From: Dictyostelium discoideum
Lineage: Eukaryota
DNA: 64,000 nt
Assembly: GCA_000004695.1 (NCBI GenBank)
Contig: CM000152.2
Coordinates: 1,632,001-1,696,000, forward strand
Reading direction: 5' to 3'
The position numbers and the translations under genes are program-made. Numbering within the stretch: the stretch's first letter is position 1; each line of letters starts with the position of its first letter. This document shows, one piece after another, positions 41,721-54,582 of the stretch. Below the pieces are notes generated by a model, which did no database searches, was not told the DNA's origin, and saw only the letters and a program-made list of their open reading frames with translations.

Positions 41721-42173
41721 TTAAATAATTATAATAAAAATATTAAAAATGAATATTATATATAAAATATTTTTTAAATACCAAAATGTTGAAACTGATT
41801 TTGAAATTTCATCAGAATTATTAATATTACTATTGTTATTATTATTATTATTATTATTATTAAATTGATTTGAAGGCATTTGTAAAATTCTTTCTTCATA
41901 TAACGGGTCAATTATACCATCGAGTGTGAATGGTTGTGCTCTAAATCCTCTTGAACTTTCATTTAAATAACCAATTGAATTTTTACAAATTAATGTTGGA
42001 TTTTCACTCGAGAATCCATTTTTAGTAATTTCAAATTTTTTAGGATCTTTATTTATAATATCACATGTTGAAATTTTATATTTTAAATCTGAACATTCCA
42101 TTGTAATTCCATCTACACAATATCCATTTTTAATTCCAAAACTAAAAATTGGTTTATAATCACATGTTGATCT

Positions 42174-42252
<79 letters not shown>

Positions 42253-42671
42253 AATTATTAAATTAATAAATTAATTATTTTATAGTACTTAAAAAGTTAA
42301 AAAACTTACGTGCTATATTCAGAAAGTAAACAAAATTTTGATTTATCAAAATTAAAATCATTAATTTTTATAATTTCCAATTTCCTACCTTTATAACATT
42401 GATTTTGAGTGAAAATTTCTGTTTGATAATATTTTGATTCTATTGTACATTGAATTGGAATAATTAATGGTTCGCACGATATCATTGCATTTTGAGTTTC
42501 AGTCCAAAATTTATGTTCATAAAATACTGTGATTCTTGTAATTTCACCACTACAATTTATTGAATTTTCATAATCGCTAATAACATATAAATGTTCCTTT
42601 TTATTGGCTTTTACAATAATTAAAATCATTGAAAAAATAATTAATTTAATATTAATTTTAAAATATAACAT
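41721..42671 (-). CDS. Secreted cysteine-rich hypothetical protein, two exons
   Basis: Exon 1 is 42671..42310 (signal peptide MLYFKINIKLIIFSMILIIVKA, several Cys), donor GTAAGT at 42309, 138-nt intron consisting largely of a T~70 homopolymer, acceptor AATTAG at 42173-72, exon 2 42171..41721. The product is Cys-rich with a poly-N stretch and a C-terminal hydrophobic tail, a possible GPI signal. Confidence 0.5.
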
Positions 42672-42684
42672 TTTTTAATTATTA

Positions 42685-42715
<31 letters not shown>

Positions 42716-43581
42716 TTTATTTATTATTAATATTATTATAATTTATTATTTTTACAATTATTCTTTTAAAAAATTATTGGAGTTTTATATTGTTATTATT
42801 TTTACAAATTACAATATTTTTAAATTAAATTTTTTATCTCTTTTTTTTTAAAATTAAATAAGTTTAAAAAAAAAAAATAATAAATAATAAAAATAATAAA
42901 AATAAAACGTTTATTTTACAATTTAACTTTTTTTTTTTTTTTATTTTTATTTTTATTACATTTTTATTAAATAAATAATTTTAAATAATATTAATAAAAA
43001 AAAAAAAATAAAAAAAATAAAAAAAAAATCGATTCGGATATAATAATCCATAACTAATACAATAATAAATAATTATTATTATTTGTTGCTAATCATTTTT
43101 ATATTTGTTTATAAAAATTTTAGGGTGTGTGTTTTTTTTTTTTTTTTTTTAAATGGTGTGAGTGTGATATTGTACATGAATGATTTCTATAGATTAAAAT
43201 AAAAAAAATATATTAAAAAGGAAAATAATGGTTTGTGTTTAAAAAAAAAATTAAAGAATTTTAAAAAATTAACTTGTTTATTTTATTTATTTATTTATTT
43301 TTAAAAAAAAACAATCAAAAAATTTCAATAAATAAATTAATTTAATTTAAAACATATAAATATAAATATAAAAAAAAAAAACAAAAAATATATATATATA
43401 TATAAATATTTAAAAACTAAAATGGTAGAATTAAAAATAGTAGTTTTAATGATGACAAAAAGGTTCAACCTATTAACTTCTTAAATTTGTAATGAACAAT
43501 CAAGTGAAATCGTTTTTAAAAAGATCTTTATATAAAATAATTAATTTTTACTTTTTAAAAAAAAATAATAAAAAAAATAAA

Positions 43582-43616
<35 letters not shown>

Positions 43617-43768
43617 ATAATATTTGTTTAAATAATTTTACAATTATTTTTAATTTTTAATTTTTAATTTTTTTTTTTATTTTTTATTTTTTATTATTTT
43701 TTTTATTATATTTATTATTTATTTATTTATTTATTTATATATATATAATTAAAAAAAAAAATTAATTA

Positions 43769-45652
43769 TTAAATTGAGGCAGTATTTGAAGTAGTTGAAG
43801 ATTGAATACCATTTGAAGAGGAAGAAAGTACTGGTGATGATAAATTATTAACTAAATCAGTGAATGATTGGAAAATATTACCATTTATAAAGTTATTATC
43901 AACGATATTGATGAGATAATAATTATTGATCATTGAATCGAGTAGAGTACGAGAAGTTGATGATGGAGAGTAAGTTGAAGACCATTGAGTTTCCCAGAGA
44001 GCAAAAGCTTCATCCTTCCAAACCATAAAAGAATTATGATCAACAACTGTTGGTTGAATGATTTCCTTACCTGGGAAGATACCCCAAGTGACGGCGTTAG
44101 TTCCTTTGGTATTGGTTTTACTATCACCTTTACGATTGACTGCATGATAAGTGATCATTGGACATTTCTTAAAGTATTCGATGAGTTTTAAGGTATTCTC
44201 TGGTGAGGCAAAGAATTCAATGTATGCTTTTTTGTAGACAATACCATTCTTACCACCCCAACCATGTTGTTTATCGGTTGATGGTAAACCATTGATTGCA
44301 GGTTGTGAATTGATTGTAAGGAAACCATTCTTATTTAAAAATACTAATTGCTCTTTAATATTTTCAGATTCCAATGACAATGGTGAATCATTCCATGGTA
44401 GTCTCTTGATATTACCTGAACAATAGGAAGCGAAAACATTATAAACATCTTGTTCTGATTGTGGTGAATCACCATAAATATTTGGAACAACAACAGAGTC
44501 ACCAGTGGTGGTGGTGGTGGTATTATTATTTGCAGAACCACCTGGTGGAGGTGTGACACCACCTAAATGGTAATCGGAAAGATCACCAAATGCTGGTGAT
44601 CTATAGTCACCCCAACGACCATTTGGAAATTCATCCCAGGAGCCAGTACGAGCGATATAAGAACGTGGACGATTTTGCCAAAAGATTGGACGGACCTCTT
44701 CCTTTAAACGGTTACCAGCAGCCGATTGAGCCCATGGTAAGAATGGTGAGAGTTGGTCTGGTGTGACCAATTGAAGACCCTTTAAAACCTTTCTAACGGA
44801 ACGTTCCAAATTGAGTGTGTAAAAGTGTAAACCCTCAACACCGAAATCCAATAGTCTCTTACTCATTTCAACACATAAACGTACACCATACTTTTTGACC
44901 TCCTCATCGTTATCTTTGATTGGTTCGAGGTTATCCATGATGTATTGTGGTACCTTTGTCTTTGAGAGAGTGGTCATACGAACGAAACCAGCATAGGTTT
45001 GAATTGGCATGATACCCGGTATGATTGGACAATTGATGCCAACGGAACGACACTTTTCAACAAACTCGCAAAAGATATCGCAATCATAGAACAATTGAGT
45101 GATGATGAAATCTGCGCCGGCGTCTACCTTCTCTTTGAGATAACGAATGTCCTCCTCCTTGGACACGCAATCTGAATGACCCTCTGGGTAGCCTGCTACG
45201 CTGATGCAAAAGTAGTCGCCATACTTTTCACGAATGAAACGAACTAAATCTGCTGCGTATGCAAATCCACCCTCAATCTTTTTCCACTCTTCACCACGTG
45301 GTGGGTCACCACGTAATGCCAATATATTTCTAATACCTGTTGATTTTGCTTTATCCAATGCATAGATAATCTCACTCACTGGCATATTGGTACAGGTTAA
45401 ATGCATCATTGTTTCTAAACCACAAACGTTTTGTGCCTTCTCTGCAATTTCCAAGGTTAAGGCTGATGTTGATCCACCTGCTCCCCATGTAATATCTATA
45501 AACAATGGTTCAAACAATAACATTCTACCTAAACGGTCATATAAATTTTGTACACCTTCCATGGTTTTTGGTGGAAAATATTCGAATGAATAAAATGGTG
45601 TATTACTTTCTTTTTTCTTTTGAATTTTATCTATAATTTTCATTGATGTCAT
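43769..45652 (-). CDS. Methylenetetrahydrofolate reductase (MTHFR), catalytic plus eukaryotic regulatory domain, single exon
   Basis: FYSFEYFPPKTMEGVQNLYDRLGRM...LFIDITWGAGGSTSALTLEIA...GLETMMHLTCTNM...ILALRGDPP... is closely collinear with human MTHFR (WFSFEFFPPRT..., CGLETILHMTC, IMALRGDP). The C-terminal ~300 aa correspond to the SAM-binding regulatory domain. Confidence 0.9.
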   Translation of the reverse strand: MTSMKIIDKIQKKKESNTPFYSFEYFPPKTMEGVQNLYDRLGRMLLFEPLFIDITWGAGGSTSALTLEIAEKAQNVCGLETMMHLTCTNMPVSEIIYALDKAKSTGIRNILALRGDPPRGEEWKKIEGGFAYAADLVRFIREKYGDYFCISVAGYPEGHSDCVSKEEDIRYLKEKVDAGADFIITQLFYDCDIFCEFVEKCRSVGINCPIIPGIMPIQTYAGFVRMTTLSKTKVPQYIMDNLEPIKDNDEEVKKYGVRLCVEMSKRLLDFGVEGLHFYTLNLERSVRKVLKGLQLVTPDQLSPFLPWAQSAAGNRLKEEVRPIFWQNRPRSYIARTGSWDEFPNGRWGDYRSPAFGDLSDYHLGGVTPPPGGSANNNTTTTTTGDSVVVPNIYGDSPQSEQDVYNVFASYCSGNIKRLPWNDSPLSLESENIKEQLVFLNKNGFLTINSQPAINGLPSTDKQHGWGGKNGIVYKKAYIEFFASPENTLKLIEYFKKCPMITYHAVNRKGDSKTNTKGTNAVTWGIFPGKEIIQPTVVDHNSFMVWKDEAFALWETQWSSTYSPSSTSRTLLDSMINNYYLINIVDNNFINGNIFQSFTDLVNNLSSPVLSSSSNGIQSSTTSNTASI

Positions 45653-46245
45653 TTTTTTTTTTTTTTCCTATATATATATTTGACCTATGATTTATTTATT
45701 TATTAAATTTGTTTAATTTATGTTTTGGTTTTTGCGCTTTTGTTTGTATTATTTTTTTTTTTTTTTGTTTGAAAAAATAAAAATAAAATAAGAGAGAAAA
45801 GAAAAAAACAGTTTAATTTTTTTTTTTTTTCTTTTTAGTACTACACTTTTTAAAAAATAAAAAAATAAAAAATAAAAAAAATTTTAAAATTTTAAATTAG
45901 TATGGAAATAATAAAATATTATTATTTGAAGGGTTTTGTATTTAATTTTAAATCTACTCCATTAAAAAAAAAATAGAAATATCTTTTTTTTTTAAGAATT
46001 AAAAAATAAAAAATAAAAAAAATAAAAATAAAAAAAATTTAAAAGCACCCCCTTCGGGGATAAGGGTGGGTCGAAGGAAAAAAAAAAAAAAAATAAAAAA
46101 AAATATATTTATATAAAAAATGAATTTTATTAATCTTACCAAATTGTTTTATTAAATCTTTATTCCGGTGTCTAAAAAAGAAAGAATGCAATTGAATAAT
46201 GATAACCCAATAGTTTTTTTTTTTAAGATAAAAATAAAATAATTG

Positions 46246-46282
<37 letters not shown>

Positions 46283-46568
46283 ATTGAAAAAAAAAATGAA
46301 AAAAAAAAAAAAAATAAAAAAAAAAAAAAAATAATTGGCTCTTGATCACCCTATGGAAAAAAAAAAAAAAATATCTTGAATCAATGAGTCAAAGATAATG
46401 GTAACCAAAAAGCTGCAAATGTAATATTAAAAACAAATAAAAAAAAAAAATAAAAAAAAAAATAAAAAAATACTAAAATTATTATTTAAATATAAAAATA
46501 TTAAAATAAGATTTTTTTTTGTTTTTTCATAATTTTATATTTATTATAATCCTTTCTTTTTTTAAATT

Positions 46569-46608
<40 letters not shown>

Positions 46609-46673
46609 TTGTTTATTTACTTATTTATTATTTTTCATTTTAGTAAAATCCCAAAAATTAGTTCATTCTCCCA

Positions 46674-46721
<48 letters not shown>

Positions 46722-46853
46722 TTTATACCAGGAGAGGATTTGTCGTTTAATTTATTTTTTATTTTTTCATTTTTTTTTTTTTTTTTTTTTTATTTTTAAA
46801 TTTTGTTTTTGTTTTGGATCTATAAAAAAAAAAAACAAAGAAAAAGTATTTTA

Positions 46854-46888
<35 letters not shown>

Positions 46889-46973
46889 TAATAATAATAA
46901 TAATAATAGTAATAATAATAAATAATAAATAATAATTATAATTATAATAATATATAATAATTTATAATAATAA

Positions 46974-48116
46974 ATGTCAACAATTTATTCAAATCAAAAT
47001 AGTAGATTATTATTTGAAAAATGTAGAAATAATGAAACAGAAAAAGCAATAGCAATGATAAAGGATAGAGAGAATTTAAGAATTAATGTTAATGAAAGAT
47101 TTGAAGGTGGATGTACATCATTTTTTATATGTTGTTATTTAGGTAATTTAAAGGTAGCCAAAATGTTGGTAGACGAATGTAATGATATAGATATAACGAT
47201 TGAAAGTGACAATATTTCACCATTCACAGTATCATGTGTTCAAGGTAAAACATCAATAGTCGAATACCTATTGACTGAGCATGGTAATAAAGTTGATGTT
47301 CATTCAATGATAACAGGTTTAGTTGGTGCATGTCAATACGGATTTCCACAAATTGTTAGAAGAATTTTAGGTAAAGGTGAACTTGATATTAATATCGCAG
47401 TGGACGATTTCGGTGCAACATTATTATACGTTGCCGTTGAAACTGAAAATGAAGAAGTTGTATCATTATTATTAAATCAAGGATCAAATCCAAATATATC
47501 AAGAGGTGGTTATTATCCAATTCATTTATCATCACAAAGTGGTAATTTAAAGATACTAGAAATGTTATTAAAATCCAACTATTCAGTCGAAACCACCACC
47601 GATGTTAATGTACAAACACCAGATGGCGCAACTTCATTATTAATCGCCGCACAAAATGGTAATATCAAAGTGATTGACCTTTTATATAAATATGGAGCCG
47701 ATCCAAATATTCAAATGAAAACCGATGGTTCAACACCACTATACGTCGCAGCAGCAAGACATCATAAAAATACAATCGATGCATTATTAGAGAATAAAGA
47801 TTTAGATATAAATCTTGGTTTATTCGATGGTACAACAACATTACATGTTTTAGCTCAATTTGGTTATTTAGATTCAATTGAAAAGATATTCGATAGATTT
47901 CAATCAACCATTAAAGTTGATCCAAAAAAGAATGATCAATCAACTCCACTTCATTTAGCTGCTCGTCATGGTCAATATAAAGTTTGTCAATTCTTAATTG
48001 ATCATGGTGCTGATATTAATTTAATTTGTGATGGTGATACTGCTTATTCAATCGCAAAAAGATATGGTAGAACTGATACAATTAAAGTTTTAGAAGATGC
48101 ATTAAATAAAAAATAA
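46974..48116 (+). CDS. Ankyrin-repeat protein (380 aa)
   Basis: Eight or more tandem ~33-aa repeats with the ANK consensus (G.TPLH.AA..GH..VV..LL..GADPN). Confidence 0.8.
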   Translation: MSTIYSNQNSRLLFEKCRNNETEKAIAMIKDRENLRINVNERFEGGCTSFFICCYLGNLKVAKMLVDECNDIDITIESDNISPFTVSCVQGKTSIVEYLLTEHGNKVDVHSMITGLVGACQYGFPQIVRRILGKGELDINIAVDDFGATLLYVAVETENEEVVSLLLNQGSNPNISRGGYYPIHLSSQSGNLKILEMLLKSNYSVETTTDVNVQTPDGATSLLIAAQNGNIKVIDLLYKYGADPNIQMKTDGSTPLYVAAARHHKNTIDALLENKDLDINLGLFDGTTTLHVLAQFGYLDSIEKIFDRFQSTIKVDPKKNDQSTPLHLAARHGQYKVCQFLIDHGADINLICDGDTAYSIAKRYGRTDTIKVLEDALNKK

Positions 48117-48227
48117 AAAGTTTATATTATTATTATTATTAAGTTTTATTGTATTTTATTTTTTTAATTTATTATTTTTTTAATTTTTTTTTTTTTATTA
48201 ACTTGAATTATTTATTTATTTATTTAT

Positions 48228-51200
48228 TTAAATTTGATTATTAATTAATAAATTTAAATTATGTTCAAATAATGCCATAATATCAGGTGAAGTAGTTTTT
48301 GAAGAACATCTACAAGTATTTGTTGAAATGTTGAAAGCCAATTCAATTAAAATGTAAACAGAACTTTCAGTTTTACAAGAGAGGAAAGAGATTTCTTGAT
48401 TTGGAGCTTTCTTTCTAACGATTTCAAAGATATTCTTACTATTTAAACGACGAAGGATAGAGTCAACATCTACATGTGGTAAACGTACTTGAATTTCAAC
48501 TGAACGTTCATTTGATTCTGGAATTGATTTCCACATGGATAAATAAGATTCACGATCGAGACGACCAGTTTCTGTCAATAGACAAAGTAATGGGAAATTC
48601 ATCTTAAAGTAGAATCTCTCTTGACTTGGTAATACCATCATTGCCATATCAATGACTGGATTCAATGGATTTGAGATTTGACCATTGCATGAGATTGGAA
48701 TTGTGACATCAGTGCTTTGGCCTACTTCAATAGCACCACATGATAAGATTTGATCAGCTGGTGAAATACCAAAACTATTTTGATAAAATTGAATCTTGAA
48801 TTTTGACATACCTTGTTGACTTGTATTCAAAAGATTTAATTCTAAATTAATTCTACCTTGGAATCTTGTAAATGCTCCACTAATTTGAATTGCTTGTGAT
48901 CTATCACCACCAAATACAACAACTTTATTAACTGGTGCTTGAACTTCACCACCACCACCACCACCACCTAAAAATGATAAATCATTTGAATTACCATTAA
49001 ATTGTTGTGGTTGTGGTGAATACATATTATTATTATTATTATTACCATAATTATTGTTGTTATTATTTGGTAATGCACCACCTAAATCTGATAAATCTAA
49101 ATCGATTAAATTACCAGATTTTGGTTGTTGTTGTTGTGGTTGTTGTTGTTGATAACCACCTTGTTGTTGTTGTTGTTGTTGTTGTTGATAACCACCTTGT
49201 TGTTGTTGACCACCTTGTTGATTATTCATATTATCATCATCAACATAATCTGGTTCTTCTTCATCTTCTTCTTCTTTATTTCTTAAACCACGTTTATTGA
49301 GACCCTTTAATTTAGTGACAAAAGTCTCTGGTGGTTTATGATAAACTGAAGCGAGTGTTGAAATGTTTAAGATTAATTCATTTAATAATGATTCATCGAG
49401 ATGACTAGTGGTATCAGTAATGAGTGGTTTTTCAGAGAGTACTACGGCTTTGGCAGCTTCGAAATCGGTTGATAAGAGTCTCCAATAGACAAAACCACGA
49501 TCACGTAAATCTGGATTATCAGATTCTTGAGTTGAAAGATTTAAAACTGTTTGAACCATTTGTTGAGCATCTTTTGGTCTCTTTAAAAAGAGTTTAACGA
49601 TAGAGGTTAAAAGTTGTAATTGAACTTGACTATTTTCATCTTTGAAACCTTCCAAGAAAGAGTTTAATAATTCATGAGCATTATCGATACGTTCAGCATA
49701 TTCACCAATGATCCAAATCATTGAAGCCTTTGCCTCTGGTTCGTCCAATGATTCGAGGTTGGCGCAAAGGGTGGCGATGATACCTTCATATTTGTTTGGA
49801 TACTTTCTAAAGATATCCTTGATGACGATGATTGCCTCTTGGACGACATAGTTAACTTTGGTTTGAATGAGGTCCAATAACACTTGAATACAACGTTCAG
49901 AGGCACGATCGATTTTAATTGCACAACGACCGATTGCACGAACTGCTTTTCTAACAAATTCAACATCGATCTCAGTGGCATACTCTTTGAACTCCAATAG
50001 CACCTCTTCAATGTTCTTCTCGTTGGCCAACATGATCATAATCTCCAATTTTTCCATCTTTACATAGATTGGGTCATTGTATTTGCAAAAGAATACTTTC
50101 ATTTCATATTGAAGGATCTCTGGACGCTTTTGAACGATCAAATTAATATTACGAAGACCCAAGAATTGGATTTCTGGTTCCTTTGATAACAAAGTGACCA
50201 ATGGTGGTGCCATCTTCTTGCAGAATAAACGAATGACATCATTGTTGCCAATGGAGTTCATATATTTCATCAACACTTTGACAGCCGATAAAACTACTGC
50301 AGAGTTGGCATGTTGAAGACGTGGTGCAACACGTTCACAAACATTCTCTGCTTCTTGTGAATCTCTTGGTGTATATTTACATAATGAATTCAAAATGAAA
50401 ACTTGACCCCATTCTGTACACTCATTAAGTGCAGCTAATAATTTATTAAGATTACCTGAATGAATTCTAAATACTTCCTTCTTACTAACTTCATCAATCT
50501 CTGTTAATGATGCTACTGCATTTGCAACTACCATTGGATTTGAATCACCTAATAAATCATTTAAAATATTTAAAAATCCTTGATTTTCAACTAATTCTGG
50601 ATTAACATCATATAATTTTGCTACACAAACTGCTGCTGTTTTTCTAACATATGGATCTTGATCCTATATAATAAAAAAAAAATAAAAAATAAAAAATAAA
50701 AAAAAAATATGTTAATATATTAATATGTTAATATATAAGAAATAAAAAAAGTAACTTACTTTTAATGCATGTCTTAATGGTTCACAAAGATGTTCGGTAA
50801 TATTATCAACTCTAATACAACCCATAGTTCTAACTGCTAAAGCTCTAATTAATGGATTTGGATCGGAAGCATCCTTTTGGAAAGTATTTACTGCAAGAAT
50901 AGCACGATCTGGATGATTCTTGGCATAATTCATAACATAGAGGTAAACTAATTTCTTTAATTCCAAGTTATGGGTTTGCATACAATTGAGGACATGAGTG
51001 AATAACATACTAACATCTTTACCAACTGTCATTGCTGCAATTACCTTCTTTACTGCTTCCTTTTTTTTATCTTCTCTTTGTGATAATAATTCTTCTTTTA
51101 ATTCATGAATTTCACCTATTTATTATTTTATAAGTTTTAAAAAATAAAAATAAAAAAAAAATAAAAAAAAATATATGTATATTAATATATATATACTTTT

Positions 51201-51243
51201 TATTTGTTTTCATTCGGGGGTGTGTGTGTGTGGTTTTTCATAG

Positions 51244-51288
<45 letters not shown>

Positions 51289-51328
51289 TACCTTTTTTGG
51301 TGGTTTGAAAATACTTTGAGTCAGACAT
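48228..51328 (-). CDS. ap1b1: AP-1/AP-2 adaptor complex beta subunit (beta-adaptin), three exons
   Basis: Exon 1 is 51328..51292 ([12 protein letters not shown] + G, donor GTAAAT), exon 2 51115..50760 ([39 protein letters not shown]...EPLRHALK, donor GTAAGT), exon 3 50663..48228 ([19 protein letters not shown]...[12 protein letters not shown]...[10 protein letters not shown]...). Acceptors are AG at 51117-16 and 50665-64. It is near-identical in pattern to the human AP2B1/AP1B1 trunk. A G/Q/N-rich hinge and C-terminal appendage domain are present. The gene symbol is assigned from memory and is uncertain. Confidence 0.85.
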
Positions 51329-51490
51329 TTTCTTTTTTTTTTTTATACTAATACAACACTTTAATAGTGTATTGTAATCCTCTTAAAAAAATATTATAAA
51401 TAAATAAATATAAGTTCTTGATGGATTATATTAATATTTTAATGATATGTGCGTGTTAATTTGAAATTAAAAAAAAATTAAAAAAAATTA

Positions 51491-51523
<33 letters not shown>

Positions 51524-51988
51524 CCAAAAAAAAAAAAATGATTTTTTTAATATTTTTTTTTATGTTGAATTTCCAAAACCACTTACATTATAAATACTTT
51601 ATTTATATTCTTTATATGTATTTTTTTTTTTTTTTTTAGATTTTATTTTTTTGGTGTGGTTTTAAAAAAAAAGGTTAGTTATTCATTGATTAAAAAAAAA
51701 TAAAATTAAATAAATAAATTTCAAAGCCCAAATTCATTCCATGAAAAATACTCATATAATTTAAATCAACCCAGAAACTTTTTTTTTTGAGTGATTGTTT
51801 CAGATTAAAAAAAATATTTATTTGTTATTTTTTTTAATATTTTTTTTATTTTTTTTATTTTTTTTTTCATTTTTTTTAGATATTTTTCAGTTATGGTGTT
51901 GGTTTTTATTTTTTTTAAAGATATTTTTTTTTTTTTTCAAAAAATTTTTCTGATAATTTTGTTGATGGTGGTGTCCCAATCCCTTAAC

Positions 51989-52021
<33 letters not shown>

Positions 52022-52071
52022 AAGTAAAAAAAAAAAAAAAAAAAAAACAAAACAAAAACAAAGCATCAAAC

Positions 52072-52677
52072 ATGAAAATAAAAATTATAATAACAATTTT
52101 ATTTATTATTTTAATAAATAATATAATTTTAAATGTTGAATGTCAACAACAGCTAGGAAAAACAATGAAATGGGTTGACACTACCAATAAATTGGATTTT
52201 GAAGATCCACTTGGTTGGGACTTAAATATTAAACCATATAGAAATGATAGTGCTATCATTTCATTACATGGTTCAATGGTAATTTCAAATAAAAATACAT
52301 CTGTTGTTGGTGTAAATTCATTATTTGTTGATAATGGTAGTACTTTTCTATGTTATACACAATTTTGGTCATTTGAAAATATTACAATTGGAGATACTGT
52401 TGGTGGAAATACTGGTTTTTCACCAGCGATTTTCATAAATACAAGATATTTTGGAAGTCCATTAATTGAAATTAGAGGTTTTTTAATCTTGGCATCGACA
52501 AATGTTTTTTATTCAAACATTAAACTCTATGGAGAGGGTGTCTTAACCTCATATGATGGATGTACAAAACCAACATGTGCTTCTCTTTTCCTTGACACAA
52601 ATGTAACATTTTTTGAAAAATCACAATTATTATTAAATAATATTACTTCTTCTTTTTTCGATTTAACTTTTTATGTA

Positions 52678-52727
<50 letters not shown>

Positions 52728-52752
52728 TTTAAAAAAAATTAAAAAATTATTA

Positions 52753-52797
<45 letters not shown>

Positions 52798-54506
52798 ATA
52801 ATTATAATTATAAAAGAATGATTCAAATACTTTAATTTTGGAAAGTATATTATATACTCTTTCACCAGTATTTTTAAATGATAAATACACCATTAAATAT
52901 TGTGGATTCTTTAATTACAGAAAATGGTACTTTAATATTAAATGATCAATCAATATTAAAAACATATAACAAAGGTTACCTTTTAATTAATAATATATTA
53001 ACAATGAATGATAATTCATCAATGATAGTATCGAATAAATCAATGATTCATGTCAATGGTGAATGTAAAGTAAGAAATTGTAATATATCTTATTCAGTTA
53101 TTCAAAGTTTAGGTAGTTTTGAAGGAAATGGTGATTATTTTAAACTTTTCACAAGTACAGTTGCGGTAATTGGGAATTTAACATTCAAATCAAATGAAAC
53201 CAATATAGATCATGGTACTGTGAATGTATATAGTGGTGGTAATTTATCAATTTATAATAAACTATTCATTAATAGTGGTAGTAATTTTATAATTGAAGGT
53301 GATTTAATTATAAATGATTTCTCAACAGTTGAAGCTGTATCATCAAGAATCGTCTTATTAAATAATGGTAAATTATTATTATCACCATTATCAAATGCAA
53401 AATTGGATAATATTGATTTCGATATTCAAAATGGTACTCTAACATCAATTGGTGATATGTATTTATCTTCAAATACTTTAATTTCAAATAAAGATACATT
53501 TTTATTATCTTCAAATATTTTTGAAACTACAAAATCTTCAAAAATTGAAAATACTGGTTCAATGATTATTAATCATATTGGAAATGGAAATGGAAATGGA
53601 AATGATGATAAATCATTTTCAATTGGTGTAAATCTTATAAATAGTGGTGGTCTAATTCAAGTCGGTAATGATAAAATTGGAAAAAATATTGAAATTCTTG
53701 ATTATATTCAACATAATAATAATTCAATACTTTTAATAAATAAAAATTCAATTATTTCAAGTAATGAAACAATTAAAATTCAAGGTGGACTTGTTTATGG
53801 AAATGGTACTTTTAATTCTTCAATAAATCATTCAAATGGTAATTTATTATCGCTTAATCAAACAAATCAAATTAATATTACAAATAATTATATTCAAGGT
53901 GAAAATGCAACAATTATAATTTTAATTAATTCAAAAGATGATTTTTCAAAATGTAAGTTTTTTTTTTTTTTTAAAAATAAAAAAATTTAAATAATAATTA
54001 AACAAATATTAATTTTTTTAATAGTAAATATAAATAAATTCGCAAGTTTAAATGGAAATATTGAAATTAGAATTTCAAAAACATTAATTAATGATAAAGA
54101 ACAACAAATTGATATTATTAATTTTAATAATGAAGAAAATGATAATGATGATGATGATGATTTGAATACAAATTTGAAATTGGTTTCTTCATCATCGACA
54201 ACAACAACAAATAAAGGAGTAAACTTTAAGAATATTAAATTTAATTCATATGATCAAGAAACTGGAGAAACAAAAGAAATTACAGAAGAATCAGATTGTG
54301 TAAAAAGTAAAAGTTCAACTACATCATTCTCTGTATTAGTTGGATGTAGTGATAATAGTAAATTATCAGGAGGTCAAATAGCTGGTATTGTAATTGGTTG
54401 TGCTGTATTTGTAGCATTACTTGGAACATTACTTCATTTTCGTAGTAGAATTTCATTAAGAGTAAGACATAGTAATTTAGTTACAAAAATGAAAACTAGA
54501 AAATAG
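52072..54506 (+). CDS. Large type-I membrane glycoprotein with beta-helix-like repeats (signal peptide ... TM + short tail), multi-exon; exon 1/2 junction unresolved
   Basis: Exon 1 is 52072..52676 (signal peptide MKIKIIITILFIILINNIILNVEC; many NxS/T sites), with donor GTAAGT at 52677 in front of a T42 run and a (TTA)n tract. A downstream ORF (~52878..53966) has similar G/N/S-rich repeats. The donor after ...DDFSK is AAAAT|GTAAGT at 53967 and the acceptor TTTTTTAATAG is at 54021. The last exon, 54022..54506, contains a TM (IAGIVIGCAVFVALLGTLL) and a basic tail. No in-phase acceptor joining exon 1 to the 52878 frame was found. Confidence 0.45.
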
Positions 54507-54582
54507 AAAAAAAATAAAATTTATTTAAACACACACACACACTATTTTGATATATTGTTTTTATTATTATTTTTGATTGTTT

